Below are positions 14,404-29,460 of a stretch of 64,000 bases of DNA, piece after piece. Below the pieces are notes generated by a model. The model was not told where the DNA came from and ran no database searches. It worked only from the letters and a program-made list of their open reading frames with translations. The stretch comes from Octopus sinensis (taxonomy: Eukaryota). Location: the NCBI RefSeq assembly GCF_006345805.1, contig NC_043016.1, positions 25,792,001 through 25,856,000 on the forward strand. The letters are read 5' to 3'. Each line of letters begins with the position of its first letter. Position 1 is the first letter of the stretch. A program made the position numbers and the translations under genes.

Positions 14404-15003
14404 CCATGTGTAGATATATATGTGTTACAGCAAAACATTTATGAAATTAAAAATTACTAATTTCTGATTAATATTGATCTGGTAATCTATAGGCTAGCTT
14501 TCAAGAAGATTAAATTGTTCTGGACTAAGCAAATTTTGGTAAATTGTAATCTCAAAGATGAAGGAAGGAACTAAAGGATGATTTAAGAGTTTTTTGTTTA
14601 TTTGAAGCCATTTATTTAAAATAAAACTGGAGATACAATGTTCTTCTTTCTCTTGAAACAAGTATGGCAGTCAATAATTAATGGTAGGAAGAAACTCTTA
14701 GCATCATGGAACTAAATTGATGGTTTTCTAAAATTGTTTCTGATCTAAATTATTATAATCAGGTATAATTTATAAAAAAGAAAAGTAGATTTTGGTCTTA
14801 TTGTTGGATTTTATACTTATTTTTATTTTATTTATTTATTTTTCATGTGGTGGTCACTAGAAAAATCATTTGGAGGCAAATTAAACTTAGAAATAAGTTA
14901 AAAAAACATTGGCATCACCCAAAATAGGAACATTGCTGCCCTCAGACAAACACTATCATTTGCTCTTGGTGATTGTTCCTTTATTATTATTTAAATATTT
15001 TTA

Positions 15004-15459
15004 AGATGGTGTACTGGCAGAATCATTAACATATTGGACAAAATATTTAGCAACATTTCTTTGGCTCTTTATGTTCTTAGTTTGAATCCCACCTAGGTTG
15101 GCTTTGCTCTCATCCCCGTGGCGGTTGTTAAAATAAAGTACCAGTCCAGTACTGGGATCAGTGTAATCAGCTAACCCCTCCTCCATAATTTCAGGCCTTG
15201 TGCTTATTGAATTATTATTATCATCATTATTATTTATTTTTTTTTAAGGTGATGAGCTGGCAGAATTATTAAACATTGGATAAATTGCTTAGCAGTACAT
15301 CTGGCTCTTTGGGGTAGTTCAAATCTTGCCAAGTTCAACTTTGCTTTTCATCCCTAGGGGTCGATAAAATAAAGTACCAGTTAAGCAATGGGGTTAATGC
15401 AATCAACTAACCTACTTCCCCTAAAGAAATTGCTGGCCTTGTGCCAAAATTGGAAACAT
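15004..15459 (+). mobile_element. Two tandem family B SINEs separated by (ATT)n
   Basis: Two head-core-tail modules. Confidence 0.75.
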
Positions 15460-16093
15460 TCATTTTTATAAATATTGTTTAGTAGGACATATATCCAATT
15501 GCTCTTCTATGATTTACCAATTAGATTATTTCAATTCTTACTTGTGCTATAAGATTATAATAATAATAATAAAATACATTCTTGTTAACAACTTAAAAAA
15601 ATATATATAATATATTTCCCCTATCCATTCCAAACACAAATAAAATATGTTTAACAAATAAATTTTTCCCGACATCCTTTTAAAATACACAAACTCGTGT
15701 GTGTGTGTATAATTAACAGTTCTTTTTAATGTCCATGGAATATGTGGTAGGTCTTGTTCTGCTTGTGTGTAAATTTTTTTTTAAAAATTCTATGTTTAAG
15801 TCTTAATTCCATGGTTATATTGCTAGCAATTACAAGAAAGTAACTTTTTTTTTTTTGTAAATTTTTCTTTTTGAGGGTGATGTGGTGATACCCGAATTTA
15901 TCTTCAACCACATCAGTTTAATCAAAGTGCCAACCCTAACTGATTAACTAAATAATAGTGGAACCCTTCTGTAAGTGAAGGCTAGTTCAGTCCTCTTTAT
16001 TCTACACAGGTGGAGTGTATAAATTGAGGGGTGAAACACTTGTGCTTCTGAGATCTCTGCAGAAGAGTTCCTCAACATTGCAATAGATTTTAT

Positions 16094-16177
16094 TCACCAA
16101 TAGAAGTGCTTGCAATATTTTTTAAGTAGCTCCTGTAGTTTCTGTGTGGGACAAAGCATCTTTGATGATAATCTCAC
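16094..16177 (-). CDS. Candidate terminal coding exon VRLSSKMLCPTQKLQELLKKYCKHFYW* of an unidentified host gene
   Basis: Acceptor TTTGTTTATTACAG|; 84 nt open in phase 0, matching the phase-0 donor at 50541; unique sequence; AATAAA overlaps the stop. Confidence 0.35.
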   Translation of the reverse strand: MRLSSKMLCPTQKLQELLKKYCKHFYW

Positions 16178-16629
16178 CTGTAATAAACAAATTAATTGTA
16201 TAATTGTTGTTTTTTCATATTTGAAAATTTTTTTTCCTCTTAGAGAATCTCTAAATCAGATACTTTCATTTCTATTGTCAGTCTTCAACATAACAATGAT
16301 TTCAAAAATTATTTCTAAGAACCTATCTTCTGCTACTTACCCAATATATATATAAAGTTATTAAGACTTAACAAATCATTTCACAAAAATGTAGGGCTTA
16401 TATATATATTTTTCTTTTTTTGAGAGCTCTGTGTTTGTTTACAATAGATTTAAGAAAAAGTTCTTCAAAATTTTTTCATCTTCGCATAATGGTAATGCTT
16501 CATTTTATTTTTATTTGTCACCTTTATTATTTTTTTTTGTACATCTCATTTTTTCTTTTAATTTCTTCTATCTATTTCTGTATATACATGTATGCACGTG
16601 TGTGTGTATATATATACACATGAAAGATT

Positions 16630-16805
16630 GCTAGCCACTAAACCTTTTCCTATTTTCTATCCCTGTTTTATTTCTGTGTTCCTTTCTGTCAAAGAGCATA
16701 GGCTCAAAATGTAAAAGAATTTCTCACTTCCCGAGCGCTACACTAATCATCTGTTAGTTGTTTACACACCCTTCTTCATCTTTTGTTTTTTGTAAATTCT
16801 CACTC
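16630..16805 (+). mobile_element. Penelope-like pLTR-derived repeat with a decayed hammerhead-like motif (16681-16717)
   Basis: CTTT CTGtcaaaGA GC atag GC TC aAAAtGTA AAAG arrangement; flanked by microsatellites. Confidence 0.4.
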
Positions 16806-16807
16806 CC

Positions 16808-16863
<56 letters not shown>

Positions 16864-17444
16864 CGTATGTTGTATACACACACACACACACACATCACAT
16901 GTGTGTAACTGTATATGTACTTATTATTTTTTCTTTAACTTTCAAACATACATATACCTACTTCACCATCATATTCTATACAACTCAATAAAGAGCAGTA
17001 AATTTTTTTTTAAATCTAAATCTCTCACAGTGGATTAAAAAGAAATACAGATAAAAAAAAATGAAAAATCTTTTCAAAAAAAAATGTCTTGCGACGAAAT
17101 TGTGATATAAATTGACATTGAAAGGTAAATTTAAAGGCAAGACCATGTAGAAAAACAAAATATAATATCGTTTTGTTTATTTATTATTTCTCTTTTTTTT
17201 TTTCAATTTTTTTCTTTTTTTTTACTTTTACTACCCTTTCAATTTAAATTCCCCACCCACCTTCATTTATGAGTTCAGTATCATGTCTGTTATAACCCTC
17301 ATTGAATTTTGAATTTTTTTTTTTTTGCAACTTTTGTTAGAGTTTATATATAAAAGTTCAAAGTCAATAGTTATTATTAAAGTAATCAAATTTTTTTCAG
17401 TTTTGTCACATTATATCTGAAGAATTATTTATGCTTTTTTCATT

Positions 17445-17774
17445 CATATATATGTATATATGTATATATATATATATACATATGTATGTGTATATATATA
17501 AGTATATATATATTTATATATCTATATGTGTGTATATATATATATGTGTGTGTACATGCATATGTGTATATATGTGTGTATATATATATATGTGTGTGTA
17601 CATGCATATGTGTATATATGTGTAATATATATATTGTGTGTACATGCATATGAGTATATATGTATGTATATATGTGTGTGTGTGTGTATGTATGTATATA
17701 TATGTCTGTGTATATATATGTATGTATATATATATATGTGTGTATATATATGTATGTATTATATATATATATTA

Positions 17775-17814
<40 letters not shown>

Positions 17815-18168
17815 GTATGTGTATATATGTATGTGTATATATATATATATACACTGTATATATATATATATACACAAATACACAACCATACATTTTATTT
17901 ACAGACTATATGTATGTATATATGTGTGTGTATACATATATATATATGCACACACATCCATACATTTTATTTACACACACTCATGTATACATACATGCAT
18001 ATATATGTTATATATGTGTGTGTGTGTATATATATATTATCTATACATATATATATTATATATATATGTATAATATATATTTATTTATTTTATATATATA
18101 TGTGTATATATATATTTATTTATATATATATATTTATTTATTTATATATATTTATATATATATTTATT

Positions 18169-18199
<31 letters not shown>

Positions 18200-18375
18200 T
18201 TATATATATATATTATATATATGTATATATTTATATATATATATATATTATATATATATTTATATATATTTATATATATATATATATATTTATATATATT
18301 TATATATATATATATATTTATATATATATTTATATATATTTATATATATATATATATTTTATATATTTATATATA

Positions 18376-18416
<41 letters not shown>

Positions 18417-18693
18417 TGGTAAAAGTGGAAATGATAGAAAAACCACAAGTAGAGGGATTGCCTTACAAAGACTTCAATTATTCACTGCAGAACTATTATA
18501 TGTATTCTATATAACACGCGCTGTCAGTTTCTCTTCATTTTTTTTTTAACTTTGCCTAATTTTAGTATTGATATGAATCTAGGTTTTCATGTAAATAAAA
18601 GCATATAACAATGTATATATACACATGTATGTTGTGTATGTATATATACATATATAAAGTTATTAATATGTTTGTGCATATATATGTATGTGT

Positions 18694-18750
<57 letters not shown>

Positions 18751-18908
18751 TATATATATATAATATATATATACATATATATATTGTATATGTGTATATC
18801 TATAATACATATATTTATTATGTGTGTATATATGTATATATATATGTGTATATATATATATATAATATATATGTTATATATATGTATATATATATGTATA
18901 TATGTATA

Positions 18909-18965
<57 letters not shown>

Positions 18966-19191
18966 GGTCTGTTGGAGCTAAGGTGTATATGGAAAGTACA
19001 AACCTATAATCTCTTTCTTTCCCTTGGCTCTTCTTTTCTTGTATTTAAAGAAGTTTTAATTATATTTATTAATTTTTTTTTTCAAATTTTTCTCTGTATT
19101 TTTTTTGTAGGGTATGCTTCTGTGTGTGCATGCATCTGTGTTTCTGCTCTTGATAGATACATATATATATATGTATAATTATGTATGTGTG

Positions 19192-19231
<40 letters not shown>

Positions 19232-20247
19232 ATATGTATATATATATGTATAATTATTATGTATGTATATATATATGTATAATTATGTATGTATATATAT
19301 GTATAATTATGTATGTATATATATGTATAATTATGTATGATATATATATGTATATATATATGTATAATTATGTATGTATATATATATGTATAATTATGTA
19401 TGTATATATATATGTATATATATATGTATGTAAATATATGTATATATATATATGTATGTAAATATATGTATATATATATATGTATGTAAATATATGTATA
19501 TATATATATATGTATGTATGTATGTGTATATACTTATGTATATATATATATTTATATATGTACGTATATATATATATGTATGTATGTGTATGTACTTATG
19601 TATATATATTATATTTATATATGTACGTATATATATATATGTATGTATATATACGTATAATTAGGTATATATATATATATATGTATATATGTTGTGTATA
19701 TACTTATGTATATATATATATTTATATATGATATATGTATATACGTATAATTATGTATATATATATGTATGTATGTATGTGTATATACTTATGTATATAT
19801 ATATATATATGTATGTATGTGTATATACATATGTATATATATATATTTATATATGTATGTATATATAATATGTATATATATATATGTATGTATATATATG
19901 TATAATTATGTATATATATATATATGTATGTATGTATGTGTATATACTTATGTATATATATATATATGTATGTATGTGTATATACATATGTATGTATATA
20001 TACATATGTATATATATAATATGTATGTATATATATGTATAATTATGTATATATATATGTATGTATGTATGTGTATATTACTTATTATTATATATATATT
20101 TATATATGTATATATAATATATGTGTACATATGCATGTGTGTATGTATGTCTATATATATATGCAATATGTGTGTGTGTATATATATATATATATATTAT
20201 ATATATGTCTATATATATGCATATGTGTGTGTGTAATATATATATAA

Positions 20248-20278
<31 letters not shown>

Positions 20279-20284
20279 ACTGTA

Positions 20285-20331
<47 letters not shown>

Positions 20332-20590
20332 CCTATATATACATCATATATGTTGTGTGTGTACATATATGTATATTATAGTGTGTGAGTGTATCTTTTA
20401 AATATAACATTTATGTTTATATATGTTTGTGTGTGTGGTATACGTGGTGTACATACATATATATTATTATGTGTTTGTGTGCAGTTGTGTTTATGTATAT
20501 ATATATGTGCATGTATATATATGTTTATGTATCTGTATGTGTGTGTGTGTATATATATATACACACACAACACACACACTCACACACATA
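17445..20590. repeat. About 3.1-kb compound (TA)n/(TG)n/(TATG)n low-complexity array with two small unique islands
   Basis: Direct inspection; source of dozens of spurious YIYI ORFs. Confidence 0.95.
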
Positions 20591-20695
20591 CGCTAAAATT
20601 GTATTTGTGTTCAGCCAACTGTAAGCATTAATGCTTGTAGATAGTTACACAAGATCTCCCGAAAAATAAAAAACACAATCTCCCTTCTCTCTTTC

Positions 20696-20699
<4 letters not shown>

Positions 20700-20772
<73 letters not shown>
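20700..20772. repeat. (CT)n microsatellite
   Basis: Direct inspection. Confidence 0.95.
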
Positions 20773-20776
<4 letters not shown>

Positions 20777-21322
20777 ATGCATACATACAAACATACATAT
20801 AGATATATAGATATATGCATGTATGTATATGTATGTAAATATATATGTATATATCTTTCCCTCTCGAATATTGAAACACAGACATTTTGTTTTAAACATA
20901 TATGCCCAGACAAATATGCATGCAGTTACACACAAACACACACATACACTGGTGCACACACACATACACACACACACACACACATCTGCACACTCACTCA
21001 CATACACACACAGATGTGCATTTCTGTCAGATGGAAAGTTTTATAATCCAGTTCCATCAGACTCATAGCTTTGTTCTATGTTTCAGCTGTGGTGGTCACC
21101 TGTTGGTCAGTTTTTGTCTATGCATAAGATGTCTTGTTTATGATTGATTATTGGCTGATTGTTAAAAATGGGAAGCAAAGAAGGAAATACAAACACTTTC
21201 ACCTATACACTCAAACACACATTCATACACACATACATCTACATAAATGCTTACTCTCATATGTAGAGCACATATGTAAACCTGTATGTATTTATATAGA
21301 AAGACATCTGTATGTATACATT

Positions 21323-21353
<31 letters not shown>

Positions 21354-21629
21354 CACATTTTAAAACTGATATATATATATATGTATATTGTATATGTATA
21401 TATATATATATATATAGTATATGCATATAATAAATGTATATGGTTTGTGTTTTATACATATAAACAAAAAAACATTCATTAACTGCCAAAATTTTCTCCT
21501 GTTTTTCTTCATGAAAAACCAGGTGTGCTCCTGTCTTTTTTTACTTTGTACACTTATATATATATAAAATCATTAGTGCCACCATTATGATTAATTATTA
21601 TTAATGTTATCATTATTTACTGTTACAAG

Positions 21630-22700
21630 ATCAGTGTATCAGCAAAATTGCTAGTGATGGGAGAAAATGCTTTGTGGGGTCAAATTCCACCAAAATAAAC
21701 TTTGCTTTTCATTCCTCCACAGGGTCAGTATTATAAAGTACCTAGGTAAATGGTTATCAACTTAAAATTGCCTCCTTGTGTTTATATCAGAAATCAACAT
21801 TATTATTATTATTAAGGTGTGAAGCTGGCAGAATTTATAACCACAATGGATATAATGCTTGATGGCACTTTTCATGGTTCTTTATATGCTGAGTTCAAAT
21901 ACCTTTAAGGTCAGCTTTGCCTTTCAACCTTCTAGGGTCAATAAAATAAGTACCATTTGAATATTGGAGTTGATGTAGTCAACTTATTCCCTCCCCCAAA
22001 ATTGCTGGCCTTGTGCCAAAATTTGAATTAATTGTTGTTGTTTAGTTGCATCTCTTTACATTCTGAGTTCAAATCCTGCCAAAATTGTCCCCTCATTTTT
22101 CATTTTTTCATTGGCTGATAAAATACAGTACCAGAAGGGCATGTATGTTGGAGCATCAAAATAGACAACTTCATCTATCAAACGGAATGTATACAGCCTG
22201 GTACCTAAGTTAGACATTGTTAGTAGTAATAGAAGTAGTTGCTATAGAAGCAGTTGTAGTAATGATGGTGGTATGTTTTTGTTGATAATAATATGGCACA
22301 GTGAGACAGTGAATAAAAAACATCATAGCAAAACCCAAACCACACACAGTGAACTAGGTTATTGAACAACAGTATGATGTTCAAACCCCACTAGGACCAT
22401 ATAATTAATAGGTATCAGAAAAATAAAGTACTGGCAAGGTTGGCTTTTTTTTTTATGCTAGTGTAAAGAGATTGTTTATTTAAGACAGTGAGAAAAAAAA
22501 TTCTTTCTTGTATTTCTTCCATCTCTTTATTTTCTAGAGAATTCAAGTTCCACCAAGGTCAACTTTACCTTTCATCCCTTTTTTTGTTTTTTATTGGGAT
22601 GGGGTGGGTCAATGAAACAAAGTACCAGTCAAAAATTGGGTTTGTATAATCTAATAAACCCCTCACACCTATTTGATGATCCTGTGTCTAATTCAGAAAC
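21630..22700 (+). mobile_element. Cluster of old family B SINE copies and fragments
   Basis: Repeated GAGTTCAAAT / CTTTGCCTTTCA / AAGTACCA modules. Confidence 0.65.
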
Positions 22701-23014
22701 TACTACTACTACTATTATTATTATTAGTATTATTATTATATCAACATTGTCATCGGCATTATAGAAACATACTACTGTATTGCAGTCACTTTCACCTGCG
22801 TATGTTTGTGAGTGTATGTATTGATGAGGATAATGACATACTTTAATTTGCTAACAAGCTAATTTCCGTATTTAATTATCTGTGACTTAGAGTTTTGTTT
22901 CAATTGATAATTCAAATTCAGCAATGAAAATAAAATTAAATAGCTATGTTAACGTAAGTGAAATAATGATACTTCAAGTGAATCCAACATTTTCACACAC
23001 ACACATACTCTCTC

Positions 23015-23408
23015 TCTTACTTGTTTCAGTCATTTGACTGTGGCCATGCTGGAGCACCGCCTTTAGTCAATCAACTCGACCCCGAGACTTATTCTTTTGT
23101 AAGCCCAGTACTTATTCTATCGGTCTCTTTTGCCGAACCGCTAAGTGATGGGGACATAAACACACCAGCATCGGTTGTCAAGCAATGCTAGAGGGACAAA
23201 CACAGACACACAAACACACACACACACACATATATATACATATATACAACGGGCTTCTTTCAGTTTCCGTCTACCAAATCCACTCAAGGCTTTGGTCGGT
23301 CGAGGCTATAGTAGAAGACACATGCCCAAGGTGCCACGCAGTGGGACTGAACCCAGAACCATGTGGTTGGTAAACAAGCTACTTACCACACAGCCACTCC
23401 TGCGCCTA
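23015..23408 (-). mobile_element. Family A SINE, young full-length copy
   Basis: Near reverse complement of 44587-44980; CpGs intact. Confidence 0.9.
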
Positions 23409-23455
23409 TATTTAATTACATATGTCATTAAATTTGCAAAGTTTATTTGTAAGTC

Positions 23456-23509
<54 letters not shown>

Positions 23510-23850
23510 TTGGTTGTTTCTCAATTTATTTTATATCTAGGAATCAGCACAGAGGAATTGCAATATTTGATGAATTAATGGCAGTCTCATCAAGTTTTTG
23601 TTTCCAAAATGGTGGTTATAGTGGTGGTGACAGTGGTAGTATTAAGCCCTAGGTTTTCTATGATTGAAAATACCTAGAATCAGCTTTTACAATATTAGAC
23701 CTTAGCACATCTGGACTACAATGTGTGTGTGTATGTATGTATGTATATATATATATAATAAAATCTTTTATGTTAATGTATGTTCCAAACACCAGCTTAT
23801 AACGACACAGTTATTCTACTAAATTCTTCATTATTTTCAAAATTGATTAA

Positions 23851-24037
23851 TCCTTTAGCATTCAGTTTATTCTGTCAAATGTAATACTTATTTATTCACA
23901 TGTTTTGAATTAATCGTGCATTATCTCGTAGCTACAAGATTGTAGATTTACATTGTAGGGTAGGTGTTAGAGGCCAGGTCTGGCCAGTTTAAACAGCAAA
24001 TATGCAGAATATTTTGGCAGGTTTAAATGCTAAAGGG
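23851..24037. mobile_element. piggyBac-type MITE next to an older MITE-like fragment
   Basis: TTAA|TCCTTTAGC...GCTAAAGGG|CTAA; internal match to the 12587 copy. Confidence 0.75.
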
Positions 24038-25616
24038 CTAAATAAACCCCTGTTTTGAACTGGCTTATCCAATATTAAATCGCTCAAATGAATCTATCCT
24101 GTTTTTCAGATGGTAGAATGTTGTTTGGCTACCATTTCTGCCAGTTCAACTGATCGCATTGGAGGGTTCCTCCTCTGACAGCTCAGCTCATCAACCCTTT
24201 CCATAGCTTAACAATTAAGTGGCTTGTTGTTAAGAAATGACTTCAACTTTGACCACACTGCCCCGACCTCCAGCTCCCAGAATATGATGTTAACAACACT
24301 TCACTCACACACACATATAACACCTATATTTATGGGTATATAATCTCAATATTAAATAGTATTAATCAGAGTAAAATATAATATGGATAACAATATGTAG
24401 TATGTTATTTTCTCTATTATGAATTTTTTCTTATTTTTGCTACATTTCATATTCATTTTAATTTCATTTTTTGTTCTATAAGTATCATTCATTGTAGTGT
24501 AGCTTTTAGCAACTTTTATGCATATAGAGAGAAGTGAGGAAGACAGTAAAAATAAACATGTGTGTGTGTATATATATATACAGATATGTGCATATATTTA
24601 TATGTGTGTGTATAGCAAAGATTACAAATAGTGTGAAACAGCAATCACGAGATAAATATTTAGTTTTAATAAATCACATACTCTATAACATATGTTAAGC
24701 ACTCATCTCTCTCTAGTCTTGAGACCATGGCTGTGTACCTTGAAACTTCCTCTTGAGGGCACAGATTCAAGCCAAGTGCTCCCCCCCCCAATCCCTGTAC
24801 TCACAGACATTGCCATAAGAATACAAAGAGCTGACATAAATCAAATATCACAGACCATCCGATGGGACACTCAAGTAACCCCACTAAACCAAACCCTTTG
24901 GACAGTATTTATCAACCCTAAAAGGATAAAGGGCAAGTTGTCCAGTGGTGGTGGAATTTGAACACAGATGCCCAGAATAAATGCCACAAAGCATTCTCTT
25001 TGACTATCTGTCTGTCTCTCTCTCTGTCACATACGAATATATATATATATATATATATAACACATACATATATAAAAGTTGGATATACATATATATATAT
25101 ATATCCAACTTAACATGAATACCTTGTTAGAACACCGAATACTGTGTTATTAGGCTTGTGGGATCCAACTGGCTAATAACAGTATTTGTGTTAACAAGGC
25201 ATCCATGGATATAATGATTAACGTTTTGGCATTAATACTCTCTCCATCACTAATAATTAGTATGTGTGTGTGTCTTATATGCTAAATTTACATTATATAC
25301 ATGGATGAAACTATCAAGTCAAATCTGACTTCTGGGGCTCTTGTAGGATATTGACATCCACAAAGCTTTCCTGCCAGTACACATTACAGAATTAGATTGC
25401 CAATGCCTACCTCTGGGATTCTATTTCTGTACCCACTGCCTTCCACCTAAAATGAGTCTTTGAATTATTTTCTTCATCCAACAGGCTTCTACACCATTTC
25501 TGATTGCCAAATTTCACCTACAGGGTTTTTTTTAATCCACCCAGACCCTTGGTAGAAGCCACTTACAAAAGATTCTATGCAGTGGAATTGAAGTTAGATG
25601 CGCAGCCATGCCTGTA

Positions 25617-25659
<43 letters not shown>

Positions 25660-27670
25660 TTGTGCTTGATAAATAATATAAAGAAATTATAGAACTCTAT
25701 ATAGATGCAGAGTTTTGTACTTGTATACATTGATCAATATGAGTAAAATATACATGTAAGAATGGTTAGCCTGGGGTTTTATGCTCTCAGCTGTATATTT
25801 ACTCATATTCTTAAATGAATGCAAATATTACGTATTTATATATATATATATACATATATATATGTATGTGTGTGGGTGTGTGTATATATATATGCACATT
25901 CAAATGATATGTGTGAGTTTATATGTGTATTCACATAATGAGGTTACATATCAGAGATAACTAGTTTTAAGCTAAATGCAATATATATAATAGATTACAT
26001 ATATATTATTTTGTCATTTTTCATTCTGAGTTCAAATCCTACCCAGTCTTGCCTTTTTCTTTCCCCACTTCAGTGTAAGTTTGATAAATTAAAGTGCCAG
26101 TAATAAACACAAGTTCATTCTCAACCACTGTAATCCTCACCACTATTGCTACCACCACCACCACCACCACTGTCTCCAGCCAATTTTTTGAGCCATATTC
26201 TAGTATTAAAAAAATATTTAGGCAAAAATACAAAGCTGTTTGACTTTGTTTTAGCACACTGATGTGAGGTAAATAAAATATTTACAAACCTACCAAAACA
26301 GAAACAAAGAATACACCTAGAAGCTGATAAGTTGTTAGTGTGTTATTTTCCGATTGATTTCAATTGTTTCTATGGAAGGTGAGAGAGGCTACTACCAAGG
26401 GTACTTTTCCCACCACAAAGAATATTTGTGTGCTTCTGTAAGGTCAGCTCAGCACCTTGTTAAAGTTTGTTGATAATTAATCTTTCTTTATTCTCAAGAC
26501 CTTATTGGATTTAATTTTTATTGCTTTGTGTAAGCAGCATGCACATACATACATGTGTGTGTTTGTGTACTCCTTCAGGGGACAGAAAGACATTAATTGT
26601 TATCTGAAGGATTATCCATAGTATGAAACTCTGAGCAGCAACAATGTGAATCACCAGCTCCAAATTGAATAAAAAATACTCTACCACATGTATCAAGTGC
26701 ATTTTTTCCCCATTTGTACATCCATATATAAATGTGTGTATTTTATATCAGCATATATATGTGTGTGTGTGTATGTATGTGCATATATATCATATATATA
26801 TATATATATATATATATTTGTATGTATGTAGATTAGAGAGTTAGACTTGTATAAATACATACATATACATATATACACATGCGTACATACATATGTATAT
26901 ATGAATATATACATATATTTGTGTGTGTGTATATATAAACAACACAAACATCCTTACATACACACATATCTATATTCACAGACACACTGCAAAACAGTAC
27001 AGCATTTGTACTTCATAACATAAGTTTCATAAAACTAACAGAATCGATAAATTAGCTATGATTTCATGCAAAAATTTGTTTATATTGGAATTTTTTGTTT
27101 AATTTTTTTTTCCCTGTATATCTTATGTTTAAACTGTATCATCAATGTCAATATTATTATTATTTTTTTTTAATATCAGGATTGTTAATTAATTATATTG
27201 TTTATGTCTAGAGCATACAGTTTTTTTATGTTGTTGTTGTTGTTGTTTTTTCTTTTCTTTTTTTTTTTTCAGGCACATACACTGTAAAATTGTTAAAAAA
27301 AATATTTTAATCAAATCTTTGCTATTTGTATCGAAGACCAAAGTGAAGGCTAACTTAACAGAAATAAATAAATAAATAAAGAGCACCTCTTAGAGACATT
27401 AATGATAACAAAAAGAAAAAAAATGAAAAAGAATTGCTTCCCTAATGGTTTATGTCCATATCTATTTGTTGGAACTGTATTGGTAATCATTTATCAACTT
27501 TGTGTTCTACAATTATAAATGTGTGATATCTATTGTATATACCGTAATATTTGTATCATTTAGTTAATTGTCATGGCTGTTACATAACTCTGTACATAAA
27601 AATACCTTGTCAAAATGTCATGCTCTGCTTTTTTTTCTTTGCTTTTTTTGTTTATTTTTTTTTCTTTATA

Positions 27671-27882
27671 TGAGGGGGTGTTGATAAGTTTCTGGCTTTG
27701 GGTATACAAAAGGATCAGCTGTTAATTATGATTTTATTCAACATATTCCCCTCTCAGATTTACACTCTTATTACAGTGGTCCTTCAGTTTTCCTAAGCCT
27801 TGTAAAAGAACTCGGAAGGGTGTGCCTCCAACCAGGCTTTTAGTGATACCTTTAAAGCCAGGAACTTTTCAGTAACCCCTTA
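27671..27882. mobile_element. mariner-type MITE
   Basis: About 29-bp imperfect TIRs TGAGGGGGTGTTGATAAGTTTCTGGCTTT / AAAGCCAGGAACTTTTCAGTAACCCCTTA flanked by TA. Confidence 0.75.
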
Positions 27883-28080
27883 TATATTGTGCAAAATATT
27901 AAAGAAAGAGAACCATTTAAAAATATCTTTTAACAGAATCTCACTTTTTTCAATCTCTCTCTCTTTCTCTTTTTCTCTGTCTCTCTCTCTCTCTCCATAC
28001 AATTAAATGCTGTCTTTGATGAGAAATTGTGAGAGGATTTGGTAGACAGAAACTGAAAGCTCGTCATATATATATATATA

Positions 28081-28432
28081 GGTGCAGGAGTGGCTGTGTG
28101 ATAAGTAGCTTGCTTACCAATCACATGGTTCCAGGTTCAGTCCCACTGCATAGCACCTTGGGCCGACCAAAGCCTTGTGAGTGGATTTGGTAGACGGAAA
28201 CTGAAAGAAGCTTGTCATATATGTTTGTGTGTCTGTTTGTCACCCCAACACCGCTTGACGACCGATGCTGATGTGTTTATGTCCCCGTAACTTAGCAGTT
28301 TGGCAAAAGGGACTGATAGAATAAGTACTAGGCTTACAAAGAATAAGTCCTGGGGTTGATTTGCTCGACTAAAGGCAGTGCTCCAGCATGGCCACAGTCA
28401 GATGACTGAAACAAGTAAAAGAGTAGAAGAGA
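28081..28432 (+). mobile_element. Family A SINE
   Basis: Head, core and tail present. Confidence 0.9.
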
Positions 28433-28748
28433 GTATATGTATATCTGAGAAATCTGATAACTTCCAATGAAAATACTTGCTCTACTATATAATATAACTA
28501 AATTACATTCTTCAACTCCTGCCTTAATTCACAATTCCCTTAGTTCTCTTTCTCTAATGTTCTTGTTGACTTTATTTATTTTATTTCTATCTTCTTTTTC
28601 TTCTAGCTTTTGTTTTCAGTGATGCAGGATTGAAAAATCTGCAAATATATTCACCAATTATTTCAATGAAAAACTTTTTCAAAGTTTACCAAAATGATTT
28701 TCCACAATTTTATACAAGCATCTTTTTCAGTAGACTACATATATATAT

Positions 28749-29123
28749 AGGTGCAGGGGTGGCTGTGTGGTAAGAAGCTTGCTTCCCAATCACATGGTTC
28801 TGGTTTCAATCCCACTGCATGGCACCTTGGGCAAGTGTCTTCAACTTTGGGCCAATCAAAGCCTTGTGAGTAGATTCAGTAGATGGAAACTGAAAGAAGC
28901 CCATCATATATATGTGTGTCTTTGTATCTCTGTTCTCGCCGCCGCCATCACTAATGGTGTGTTTATGTCCCTGTAACTTAGCGCTTTGGCAAAAGAGATC
29001 AATAGGATAAGTACCAGGCTTTTAAAAAAAAGTACTGAGGTTGATTCATTTGACTAAGAATTCTTCAAGGTGGTGCCCCAGCATGGCCACAGTCAAATGA
29101 CTGAAACAATTAGAGCATAAAAG
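28749..29123 (+). mobile_element. Family A SINE
   Basis: Head, core and tail present. Confidence 0.85.
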
Positions 29124-29164
29124 GTAATATATCTTTTGTAGTTCTTAAGATTTGTGTCACATAC

Positions 29165-29460
29165 ACCACATGCCAGATGGCAAGATCTCAAAAGACACAA
29201 CAACTACCACCTTCATTTCAAAGATGTCTGCAAGAGAGATACGAAGTCTCTACATTGTTGTTGAATGGTGGGAGAATATTTGCTGATGTTTGTACCCACT
29301 GGAAGCTGGATCTAGACAAGCGTCTGAAAAACTAGAGGCGAATAATACCTGCTAATAAACAAAAGAAAAATAGCACCGAGACAAGACTGGTAGGCGGCAC
29401 CTTCAAATACTCTCACTCTTACTAGAATTATCGCTTATGCAGGGCTTTGACAAGACTAAA
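29165..29460 (+). pseudogene. Decayed C-terminal fragment of an RTE/BovB-type LINE ORF
   Basis: Frameshifted translation HHMPDGKISKD...HFKDVCKRD...WWE...HWK resembles the RTE RMPDGRIPKD..RFKDVCKRD..WE..W motif. Confidence 0.6.

Noticed and set aside
17431-21430. Long ORFs up to 303 aa rich in Y/I/C/V/H/T
   Set aside because: Translations of (TA)n/(TG)n/(CA)n microsatellites, which lack stops; the same applies to 5.7-6.9, 36.2-36.7, 60.3-60.7 and 62.6-63.1 kb.
21030-27620. Plus-strand terminal exon (GKFYNPVPSDS*) with 3'UTR-like sequence ending near 27.6 kb
   Set aside because: No upstream coding exons found; such short matches are expected by chance in AT-rich DNA.
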